The notes under the pieces were generated by a model that searched no databases, was not told the DNA's origin, and worked only from the letters and a program-made list of their open reading frames with translations. A stretch of DNA of 64,000 nucleotides from Verrucomicrobiales bacterium (GTDB lineage Bacteria; Verrucomicrobiota; Verrucomicrobiia; Verrucomicrobiales; V1-33). Shown in pieces: positions 31,024 to 41,100 of the stretch (its first letter is position 1; every line of letters starts with the position of its first letter). The translations under genes and the position numbers were made by a program. The DNA lies in contig JANOAV010000202.1 of the NCBI GenBank assembly GCA_031411295.1, positions 56,814 through 120,813 on the forward strand. The letters run 5' to 3'.

Positions 31024-31845
31024 TTATTCCACCGCATTCTCCAGCACGCCGAGACCCTCAATCTCAATTCTCACCACGTCGCCATGCTCCAAGGTCCACG
31101 TGCCTGGCGGCACCACTCCGGTGCCAGTGAAGAGATACGCCCCCACCGAAAATTCATTTTCCCGAAACAGCCAATCCGCTAATTCCTGGGGCTGCCGCTT
31201 CAACTGACTCAAAGCCGTCGCGCCTGCAAAAACCTCCGTTCCCGCCCGCGTAACCGCAATGCCGATCTTGGTCGTTACCGGCAGCGGATCGCACACGGTA
31301 AGCCACGGCCCTAACGAACACGAACCGCGATAAACTTTCGCCTGCGGTAAATAGAGCGGATTCTCCCCTTCGATATCCCGGCTGCTCATGTCATTGCCAA
31401 TGGCATAGCCGAAAATTTTCCCCTCACAATTAATCGCCAACACCAACTCCGGTTCCGGCACACTCCAAGTAGCATCCTCGCGAATCCTCACCAGCGCGCC
31501 AGTTCCCCGCACCCTTGGAGCCGTCGCCTTGAAAAACAATTCAGGACGATCCGCATCATAGACCAAATGATAGAAGCGATCCCCCCCCGAGTCCGCACTC
31601 TCCTCCATCCGCGCCTCCCGGCTGCGGAAATAGGTCACCCCTGCGGCCCAGACCTCCTGACTCCCGATCGGAGCGGGCAAAACCGCGGGGAATTCCGCCA
31701 CGGAGGCGTGAGCCAAACCCTCGGCCAGATAAGCCGCTGGTTCCGCTTGTCGAAATAGCTCATCAACACTGGCACCAGCCAGCAAATACCCCACGCCTTG
31801 CGAGCGCACCGCCAGACCACCAGAAACAGGAATCACTTGATACAT
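31024..31845 (-). CDS. Fumarylacetoacetate hydrolase family protein (2-keto-3-deoxy-pentonate dehydratase-like)
   Basis: [47 protein letters not shown]. Confidence 0.88.
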   Translation of the reverse strand: MYQVIPVSGGLAVRSQGVGYLLAGASVDELFRQAEPAAYLAEGLAHASVAEFPAVLPAPIGSQEVWAAGVTYFRSREARMEESADSGGDRFYHLVYDADRPELFFKATAPRVRGTGALVRIREDATWSVPEPELVLAINCEGKIFGYAIGNDMSSRDIEGENPLYLPQAKVYRGSCSLGPWLTVCDPLPVTTKIGIAVTRAGTEVFAGATALSQLKRQPQELADWLFRENEFSVGAYLFTGTGVVPPGTWTLEHGDVVRIEIEGLGVLENAVE

Positions 31846-32119
31846 AGGCCCCAGCTAAAGCATAACCCCACCATCTGCCAAGCAATAAGGCCACCCCCGG
31901 AGCAGAAAATTCCGGGTTGCCTTGGCACTCGCATCCACGATTCTTCCCCGCCCGTAAAACCGCTTTTACAAATCTCCCAAGTGCCGATTCGTATCGCCCA
32001 CCGCATCACCCGGAATTCTGCTTTTGTTTTTCGAGAAAGGGTTTAAAACGACGCTTTCCTTTTCCTCCAAATTTCAAATAATGATTTTCACCCCTCGATT
32101 ATTCGAAGACGAACCCATC

Positions 32120-32746
32120 ATGAGCACGCCGCATCGCTATCGCGCCTTCCTCATCTTTGGCGCCCCTGGCTGTGGCAAGGGCACTCAAGGTGCCATCCTC
32201 GGTCGCATTCCGCGGTTCACTCACTGTGCCTGTGGGGATGTTTTCCGGTCCTTGGACACCCGCACCCCGCTGGGTCAGCAATTCGTAGCCTATTCCAGCC
32301 GTGGGGAGTTGGTGCCGGATGACCTGACGGTGAAATTATGGAAGGCCAACATCAAGAGCCGGGAAGATAGCCACTTGTTCAAGCCGGACATCGATTTCCT
32401 CATTCTCGACGGCATTCCCCGTAATGTGGAACAGGCGAAAATCATGGAAGACCACATCGAAGTCTTCCAAGTGTTCCATCTGTCCTGTCCTAATCGTCAG
32501 GAACTTTATCGTCGCCTGCGCAAACGAGCCCTCAAGGAAAATCGCCTCGATGACGCGAGCGATGAAGTCATTGCCCGTCGCCTCAAGACTTACGAAGACG
32601 AATCCAAGCCGTTGCTGGATTACTACTCCTCGAATCTGGTCACAGACATCGACGCCTCCCAGCACCCCGCGCGGGTCTTCCACGATATTCTTTCCAAGAT
32701 CCTCAGCTTGCCGCAATGGCAGGATGCATCGGAAACGATTTACTAG
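32120..32746 (+). CDS. adk: Adenylate/nucleoside monophosphate kinase (short LID)
   Basis: GAPGCGKGTQ, GELVPDD, LDGIPRNVEQA, RLDD. Confidence 0.82.
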   Translation: MSTPHRYRAFLIFGAPGCGKGTQGAILGRIPRFTHCACGDVFRSLDTRTPLGQQFVAYSSRGELVPDDLTVKLWKANIKSREDSHLFKPDIDFLILDGIPRNVEQAKIMEDHIEVFQVFHLSCPNRQELYRRLRKRALKENRLDDASDEVIARRLKTYEDESKPLLDYYSSNLVTDIDASQHPARVFHDILSKILSLPQWQDASETIY

Positions 32747-32758
32747 CAGTTCGCTCGC

Positions 32759-33703
32759 ATGAAAATTGTCTTTCTCGGCACGGGTGAAATCGGTCTGCCC
32801 AGCCTGCGGTATTTGCTGGGAAATGCCGACCACCAATTGGTGGCGGTCGTGACGCAGCCTGACAAACCGGTCGGCCGGAAAATGGTGCTGACGCCGCCCG
32901 CCGTGAAAGTGCTGGCGCAGGAGGCTGGCGTGCCGGTGTTTCAGCCGGAGAAGATCCGTGATTTCGTCGCACCGCTCCAAGCCTTGGGAGCAGATCTATT
33001 TGTCGTCGTGGCCTACGGCCAACTCTTGACCCAGGCCGTGTTAGATATTCCCCGGATCGCCTGCATCAACCTCCACGCCTCCCTGTTGCCAAAGCACCGG
33101 GGCGCGTCCCCCATCCAGGCCGCCATTCTCGCAGGTGATGCCGAGACGGCCATGACCGTGATGTTTATTTCGTTGGGATTAGATAGTGGCGATGTCCTGC
33201 TCGCAGAGAAAATTTCCCTAACATCACAGGAAACCGGCGGCTCCCTGCATGATCGGCTGGCGGAAATCGGGCCTGCGGCATTAGCCAAGGCCCTGCCGCT
33301 GCTGGCCACTGGTCAGGCCCCGCGCACCCCGCAGGATCCGGCCTTAGTCACCCACTGTCGTAAACTTCTGCGGGAGCATGGGGTCATCGACTGGAGTCTG
33401 CCCGCGTTGGAATTGGAACGTCGCATCCGCGCCTTCGATCCCTGGCCTAGCACCAGTTCGCAGCTCTCGATGCTAGATGGCAGCCGGAAATTGCTCAAGC
33501 TTTTCCCTCCAGTGGAGATTGGATCTCCGCAACCATCAGCGGCTCCGGGCACGGTCCTTTCCGCTGATGCCAATGGACTTGTGGTCGCTTGCGGGCAGGG
33601 TGCTTTGACCTTTCACCACCTGCAACTCGAAGGGAAACGCCGCATGACGGCGGGAGAATTCCTCGCTGGCACCACGGTGGCTCCGGGCACGTTACTCGGC
33701 TAG
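32759..33703 (+). CDS. fmt: Methionyl-tRNA formyltransferase
   Basis: VVTQPDKPVGR, INLHASLLPKHRGASPIQ, LDSGD. Confidence 0.95.
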   Translation: MKIVFLGTGEIGLPSLRYLLGNADHQLVAVVTQPDKPVGRKMVLTPPAVKVLAQEAGVPVFQPEKIRDFVAPLQALGADLFVVVAYGQLLTQAVLDIPRIACINLHASLLPKHRGASPIQAAILAGDAETAMTVMFISLGLDSGDVLLAEKISLTSQETGGSLHDRLAEIGPAALAKALPLLATGQAPRTPQDPALVTHCRKLLREHGVIDWSLPALELERRIRAFDPWPSTSSQLSMLDGSRKLLKLFPPVEIGSPQPSAAPGTVLSADANGLVVACGQGALTFHHLQLEGKRRMTAGEFLAGTTVAPGTLLG

Positions 33704-33712
33704 CCCGTTCCA

Positions 33713-34918
33713 CTACTCACCGAATCCCCTGCGGAGCCGACGCCAGAGTCGGCGGTGCCACCAGGATCCAGCTTCCAGGGTGCTTTGGATCTGCTGGAGC
33801 CGCTTGGTTTCGCGAGCAGCGGTTTGTTGCCATTTCTCCGCTCTGGCGGCGGCGGATTCCTTTTGCTCTACCAGGCTCAAACGCTTCTCGTCCACTTCCT
33901 TAATCCGTTGCGCCAGACTCAGGAGGTAGCTGGCGATTTCAGCGGCCTCGGCGTTGGCGGTTTCCAGGGTTGGTTCGCCCCCCGCTTGTTGGGCGGCTAT
34001 CACGAACGCATAGTGTTCGAGCAATGCCGCCACGGTGCGATCCAACGTTGCTTCGCTGCGAATGCGAGCGGTCACGGCGGTGGTCTCAGTGCGATCTATC
34101 ACCCTGAGTTCCGCCAGGATTTGTTCAGCCGTGATGTGTGGATCACTCGTTTCCGCTGTGAAATTACGATCCACCATTTCCTCGTAATTTCCCGGATGGA
34201 TTCTCTGCGCGGCTTGTTCCTTGGTAACGGGAATGACGGTGCAGCCGCAGGCCATGGCTTCAATGCCGGATCTGCCGCCGGCAAAAACGACATCGTAATT
34301 TAGGAGATCAATTTCCGGCTGGTTAGTCAATTTACCGAACCGCACGCCCACTCCGTCCAGCTGCAATCCCTGGGTCTCGCAAGCTTGGCGAATGGCGGCA
34401 AAGGGCTTCCCTTGAGGCTCCATCGTGTTGTGAAATACCGCGGCCCGCTGGGTGCGCAAGTCGGCAGGGCGGACTTGGGAAAATTTCGCGGGATCGAAGA
34501 AATTCCGCACCGTGCCCACCTCCTCAGCGGTCACGCCGCACGCAGCACCTATCCATGGACCAAAACGCGGAGAAGTGCCCAGATACTTTCGCAGGCGAGG
34601 ATGCTTCGGGGGCTGTTCCTCCCAAGGAGTAGCCCCGTGCAGGAAATAGATTCCCGGCACCCCGGGCCAGCGGGCCAGCGCAGCCATCGTTTCCAAATGA
34701 TGCTGTCCATGAATTACGTCTGGCTGGAAGGGACACGCCGCGGGATCCTGCACGAAGGATAGTCCCGCCGCCTCAACCGCTTCGGAGATGGCACCCGTGA
34801 GCGTGCTGAAAAGACAAACGTCATGCCCGCGTGCCTGCAGCGCGAGCCCGATTTCCAGTGCGAACAATTCACTGCCGCCCCGCTCTTTGAGTTGATGATT
34901 GGTGATGAGGATCTTCAT
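33713..34918 (-). CDS. Glycosyltransferase (GT-B/GT4-like) with C-terminal coiled coil
   Basis: MKILITN..GGSE, PDVIHGQH, EAMACG. Confidence 0.78.
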   Translation of the reverse strand: MKILITNHQLKERGGSELFALEIGLALQARGHDVCLFSTLTGAISEAVEAAGLSFVQDPAACPFQPDVIHGQHHLETMAALARWPGVPGIYFLHGATPWEEQPPKHPRLRKYLGTSPRFGPWIGAACGVTAEEVGTVRNFFDPAKFSQVRPADLRTQRAAVFHNTMEPQGKPFAAIRQACETQGLQLDGVGVRFGKLTNQPEIDLLNYDVVFAGGRSGIEAMACGCTVIPVTKEQAAQRIHPGNYEEMVDRNFTAETSDPHITAEQILAELRVIDRTETTAVTARIRSEATLDRTVAALLEHYAFVIAAQQAGGEPTLETANAEAAEIASYLLSLAQRIKEVDEKRLSLVEQKESAAARAEKWQQTAARETKRLQQIQSTLEAGSWWHRRLWRRLRRGFGE

Positions 34919-34962
34919 GCCGCAGTCAGCTTACGTCCAATTTCCGGGAACGGTAGAGAAAT

Positions 34963-35116
34963 CCGGTCTCGTGACCTCGTCCTCCACAGGGCGGCGAACA
35001 ATGTGGAGGGCGACGTTGGGAGACCGGGAACAGGCTGGGTGGATTCAGCCTAGCGTGGTGCTGGTCTCGTGACCTCGCCCTCCACGGGGTGCTGCGGTTG
35101 AGGCAGCCGCAGCCAC
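34963..35116. repeat. Cluster of REP-like elements (three GTGGAGGGCGA-type copies plus one GTGGCTGCGG palindrome)
   Basis: 34963-34988 and 35063-35085 direct copies; 35002-35027 inverted copy; 35091-35116 hairpin. Confidence 0.7.
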
Positions 35117-35128
35117 TTTCTTTTTGTC

Positions 35129-38100
35129 CTAGGCGCGCTGGCGTTTGGCGATGCGGCGTTGGTGGGATTGGTAAATGGCATTGATCATGATCAGGATGAA
35201 CAAGCTGGTGCCCAGAATCACCAGAGCTTGCAGGCGCTGCCCGGGATTTTCCGCGGCTTTCTGGGTGGCGAGCACCATGCTGGCGTGGTCTTTTACTTTT
35301 TTGTAGAAGGTAAGTTCGGTGTCTACCGGAAAACTGATCGGCAGGGAGACGCGGCCAGCGGGGCGCAGTTTTTGCGGGGCGGTGACCACCGGGGCAAGGT
35401 TATAACCCAAGCCTTCAGGATTTGGTTCTTGCGGCTGCGATGCCCCTGGAGCGGGCTTGGCTTGTGGGGCGGGTCCATTAGCGGCACCCGAAGCCTTGCC
35501 ACCTAACTCCACTTGGCCTTTAACCACACGATTGCTCCCGTTTTGGTAGTTCTGTTCGAAGTCCACTTTGTTCCTCGTGATGACGCCATCTGCGGTGTTA
35601 GCGATACCATTGTTGAAATCCGCATTCACCGTGCCCACTCCGAACACAGGGGCCTCGATGTTGTTGCTTGAGATGATTGCGCCCCCATTTGCCAGCACCA
35701 CTCCGCCAGTGACGGTGGTGGCTCCAGTGTAGGTATTCGCTCCGTCCAGCGTGACCGCGAACCGTTGTTGATCGAGTTGCTTCAGTTGATCGCCCACGGT
35801 GGTGGCATCCCCGATATCTGCTTGTTGCAGCTTGGAAACGGCCTCGGAGCGAGTGTTGCGGGTGGCAGGCTTCTTGGCATCTTCCTTGACCTTGCCTTTG
35901 GTGGTATCCTCGGGTGCGTTGTATTTGAAATAGAGCGATCGATTCCCGACGATGACGTTGTCGTTTAGGCCGAGGTTGTCCTTGTTCAGTTGTGCTTCCT
36001 GCTGGGTGATTTCCGCTTGTTTGAGTTCGCGACTCTTGAGATAGGTGCTATTGCCAGACCAACTCCAATTGGTCGTGCCCACAGTTGCGGCAGGCGCGGC
36101 ATTTTGGGTTTGGGTGGGATCAATGATGGGGGCGCTCAATTGCGCAGCCTGCTGCACGAGGTCGTCCACTTGGCTGACGCGGCCATTCTTCCCATCACTA
36201 GCCGTGTTGCTCGACATCCAGGTCTGGGCAATACTCTGGGCATTGCGGCGGGAGCGCTCCCGGAGTTCGATTGGGTTGCTGGTTGAGTTACACATCATCA
36301 GCAACGAACTCAACTCTGTGGCCACGGCGGCTTCCTGTTCAAACTTCGCTTCATTGGCCGCCACCGCATCCATGTTTCCCTTGGCATCTTTGACCACATA
36401 ACCATTCGGCAGAGCCACCCGCCAGACAGTGCGTTCGATGGTTACTCCCGGAAGCTCCGGATCATCCAGGGCCAAATTAAGGCTGTCCGGCACTTTGCCG
36501 CCCGTGTTCGGTAAACGCCGACAAACGAGCCGCACTTGCAGGGCGAGATCGCCCGGGCGGGTTTGAATCAACGGAATCAAGAGCACCGGCAGCTTGTCCC
36601 GCGTGCCCTGATCTGCCCGCACGGGTTGATCATTCACGATGGCGCTGAGCAGCGTGAAACCTTCCGGGAGTCGCACCGGGAGGAATTGCAGACTGCGATT
36701 CTGCAGCCGATAATCCGCCTGCAACCATTCCTCGCCATTGGCCCGCAATGCGGTGGTGAGTTCGGCATAGAGCACCAAGGCCTTGGTCCCCACGGTGGTC
36801 GCTAGTTTCTCTAACGTGAACACGATATCCCACTCCGCTCCCACTCGGAAGTAGCTGGGTTGGGCGAATTGTTGGATGCGGAAATGGAGGTCGCGTTCGA
36901 CGTCACGCGCTTGCAGTGGTTCCACATGCAGACTGCGCTTCGCCTCGAAATGCAACTCGCCCGCACTGGCATTCTGCACCACCACGAAGCGCTCATTCAG
37001 CCCTGCCTCTGGAAACGTTAGGTCCGGCAAGTGAATCTCGCCCTGATGCGGGATTTCCAGAGCCAAAGTGGCTTGCGTGGCGGTGGTGATGGGGCGTTGC
37101 AGGGAAACTTTATAGCGCACCGGAGCCGTGGCTTCAGCCCCAGCGACGGCGGGCAGGCGCACCATTTCCCGAATCTGTTCGCCCGTGAGGCGAGGTTCGG
37201 TGGTGGCCACAGCACTGGCGGGAAGTTGTAAAATGAATTCACTCAGGGCACCTGATTTCACTTCCAAATCGAGGCGCGCTTCCAGTCGCACCCAACTCTC
37301 CTGAACCTCGGCGGCCAACACCCAGCGGGTGTCGAACCGCGCGGGAACTTTGCCTAACGTGACAGCGGCGGTATAGTCTGCGGTGTTGAACGTGAACTCG
37401 CGTTTGGTTTCGAAGGGACTGGTGAGCTTGAAATCACCAATCGGTGGATACTCCTCGCGTTGCTCGCCTGGGCTGGTCTCGCGGATCTGACTGGCCTTTT
37501 GTTTGGGGAAATTTAGGACCCCGTTCACATCCGGCAAGGCCGCAATCTGCGCCCGCCCGCGCACCGAGCCAATATTTTCCAAGGCCACGGGAGCCAACTC
37601 CAACTGGACCGGCGGCTCCTTCCATGGTTGCGCCAAGCCCAGCAACAACGTGGTCGTCTCTGGCGTGGGGCCGCTGAAACGAATCCGCAGGCGATCTCCA
37701 TCCACCCACCAATCCTGCAAGCGATCCGAGTCCACCCGGGTGACCGTGAATCCGTTCGGGATGATGGCGGAGGTATGCAGCAAGTCCTGTCCACGCGCGG
37801 GTTTTAGATTGAATACCGCATGCACTTCCAGCTTGCTGGGACTGATCTGGTAAAGGTAGTCGGCCTGCAGGGCTGAGTTCAGCGTGCGACGTGCAGTTTT
37901 GAAACCCAAGGGCACCGGCGGGCCAGCCACGCGGTAAGCTGCGAACCGCTGGAAGCCGGCATCCGCGCCAGTGGTCCCTTCGACTTTGGGAAAATCAGTT
38001 TGTTGATGACTGGCGGCCGGTTGCACCGTGACTTCCAATTCATCGACCGCGAGTAATCGCAACTCGCGCTCCACGCGACTAGCCACCGGCCAGACGCTGG

Positions 38101-41100
38101 GGAACGTTGGTCCACCGACCGTGCGTTCTGCCGTCAGGCTTAAATGAAGTTTCTCCCGGACCGGCAGGGTCAGCCGGAAATTCAGCGTCTGCTTGTCTGC
38201 TGCGGCAGTTAGGCTCCATTTCTCCACGTTCGGAATGTCCACACTGACAGGTGTTAGGCTGGGGTCCAGCTCTACTGCGAATTCCTGCCGATCTCCGCCC
38301 GGGAAATCGAAATCAATCCCCGCTTCCAAGCGCTCCAGAGCCGGACTCAGGTAGAGCGAGGCCACGAGCTTGGCGCTTGGTGGCAGGCTCTGGGCCGCAT
38401 TCGCCATGCGGGCTCCCAGATCGCGCTTCAGGGTGAGCGCGGAAACATTGCCTAACGCGGCGGTAAGATGCCGCTGCGGCACGCCTTCCGCCGTGGCAGT
38501 CTCCACGACCGGGCGACCGTTGTTGAGATCCATCCGCGCAGACATGTCGGTCAAGCTGAGCGTGATCATGGAGGCAGCGGCTTGCGGAAGTCGTGTGGTG
38601 ACGGATTGCCAATTGCTGGTCAGCGGAATTTCCAGCTTGGCAATCACCGTATGCACGCCGGGTTTCTCCAGGAGCAACTTTTTTTCACTGAGGGGAGCCG
38701 TGGCACCATCGAGCGTCAGGCTGCAGAGTCCCTGGAAATCCAATCCCACGGTGGCCCACGCGCCAGTGCTGACAATTGTCAGCACCCCTTCAAGTTTCAA
38801 ACGATCGGCCAGAATGTCGCCCTTGTAGAGAGCGCTTTGAATCCCCGCCCAGGGCGCTCCGGTGGTATCGATCGTGGGGGCGGATTTCCCCGCGTTGAGT
38901 TTGTTGGCGCGCGCTTGCGCCCAGAGTTTCTGGAACGTGTCGTAAGTTAGGAAGTAGCGACCGGGGGTTTGGTCCGCCAGAGGCTTCGTGCTATCGAAAG
39001 GCACATAAGCCGTGTAGGCCGCCGGGGTGGTTTCCGCGGCCGGGGCCTGGGCTGTTAGGGAAAGTAAACTCAGCAGCACCACAGAGGCTTGGGCCAAGGC
39101 TGCGGTGGGGCGGAAACGGCGTTTGAGTAAATTGAAGATGAACAACACCCCACAAGTTACTAGGAAACCGAGCAGGACGGCATTGCAGGGCTTCTGCAGC
39201 GTTGCGCCAAGGATCTGTGGCAGAAAATGCAGCGTCAAACCAAAGCACAAGCCCATGAAGATCGGCCGCCGCCGCGCCACCGCCCACGCGAGCAGCACGC
39301 CCAGCAAAACATAGACCCAGGCCCACTGCAGCTCATGACGCCAAGTGACGAAATGCAGCTTCAACTCGCTCGGCGGATGATTCCCTGCGAACCCATAGGT
39401 CAGGCCGGAGGAAGGCAGGTTCACGGCCAGCGGAATCAGGCCGCTCTTGCCGGTGAGGAGCGCTTGGTCGCTAAAGGACAAATTGCCAACCCCGGTCTTG
39501 GACAGGGAAAGGCTTGCGCTGGCGGTAGTAGTGGTGAGCAGCAATGGTTTGCCAGCAAGGTCAGGCGGCTGGACGGACCCTGCTAGGATAGTCACCGGAG
39601 CATTGCCGCTGCTTGGCTTCTCGCCTTTAGCGTCAGCGACTTGCATCGGAGCGGTTGGAGCAGGAGGGGGGGGAGCCGAGGCAGTTTCTGGGGCTGTGGA
39701 TCTGGCGAGCGATACGAAACTCTTGGATTTATCCATCGGCACTGCATTCTCGTGTCGTTGAACCGGGAGCATTGGCATTTCCAAATCCACTTTTTGCTTC
39801 AAGATGTGCTGCCGCATTTCATTGAGCAAGGCGGACTGTTGTTCATACTCCCGTTTTGCCATCGTGTATTCCGATTGACGGGCTTTGTCACCTGCCAGGT
39901 CATCTTCCTTGGAACCTTTTGTTTTAAGCGCCTGCAAGGTGGCTTCCGCAATCTGCACTTTAGCATCGAGGGTTTTTCTCAATGCTTCTGTTTGTTGTGC
40001 TGCCGTTTGCCTAAGGTTCTCCATTTGGGCTTGGGCAGCAACGACGCTGGGGTGATTCGCGGCCAAACCACCAGACCTCAATTGCTCCAATTCAATTTTG
40101 GCGGCATGATACTTGGGCCATACCTCCTTGAGGGTTGGGCCATCCAAGCCCATGCTGGATGAGAGCTCAATCAGTTGATCTTGGTTCGCTGCTGACTCCA
40201 AGGCTTTCAGTTGGGCCTTGAGTTTAGCTAGTTGGCTCTCGTAGTTTGCGGTGTTGGCTTGTTGACTGGCGTAAGTGGTTTCCCCTCCATTGCGAACGCC
40301 ACCACTCACGGCATGGAAGGCTCCGCTGGCATCACTGAAATCAATGATGCCATGTTTTTTCATCAAGGTCAGCATGGCGATTCGCTTTTCTTCGACCTTC
40401 TTATCTTGTGCTTCTAGTTCGTTTTGCAGCATGGCGATAGCCCCTTCGCTTCTGCCTTTTTCATATTCCTTGCGCCGTTCTTCGTAGGCTTCACCCACAG
40501 CATTAGCGAGTTCTGCGGCCTCCGCCCTGTTGGGACTAGTTACCTCAATAGTAATAAGATCCGTGCCCCGTTCCACCGATGTGTCCACCATGCGCCCCAA
40601 CTTTTCGGACGCTTCATATTCATCCAACTTCCAACGTGCGGCTAGCCCTTTGTTGCGAACCACTCGCAGCAACGTTTCGCGCGCGGTGATAATCGCCTTT
40701 TCCGTTTCCAGCCCAGTTGCAGACCACCCGGAAGTGACGTTCTTAGCTGCATTGCGATGCACTTGGAACTTAACTCGGCCAGCATACTGCGTCTCCCAAA
40801 GGTGAACCCCCACCGCACTCGCCAAACTGGCCGTGGGCATTGTGAACTCATTGCGGAGGTTGCTGGTGAAATCGGAATAGGAATAGCCGTCGGGCAGGTG
40901 CAGATACCAATGGGAGCTGAGGATGGGCGTGTTGGGATTTAGTGGCGGCGGGGTGAGCGTGAGGTCACCGGAGGTTTCCCATTTGGCGGCGGGCACTTCG
41001 TAGGTGAGCTGGATGGAGGCCGGACGGGCTTCGATGGTGGCGGGGAGTTGGATGCGCAGGCCGTTTTCATTTTTCGCCCGCAGGGTGGGATCGGCCACGG

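Noticed and set aside
35091..35127. Hairpin plus T-tract as the terminator of the giant operon
   Set aside because: The T-tract is on the wrong strand for the minus-strand genes; treated as REP-like instead
39665..39675. G homopolymer in the giant gene (and C tracts near 8560 and 31581) as phase-variation sites
   Set aside because: Short tracts encoding Pro or Gly runs in intact frames; expected in GC-rich DNA
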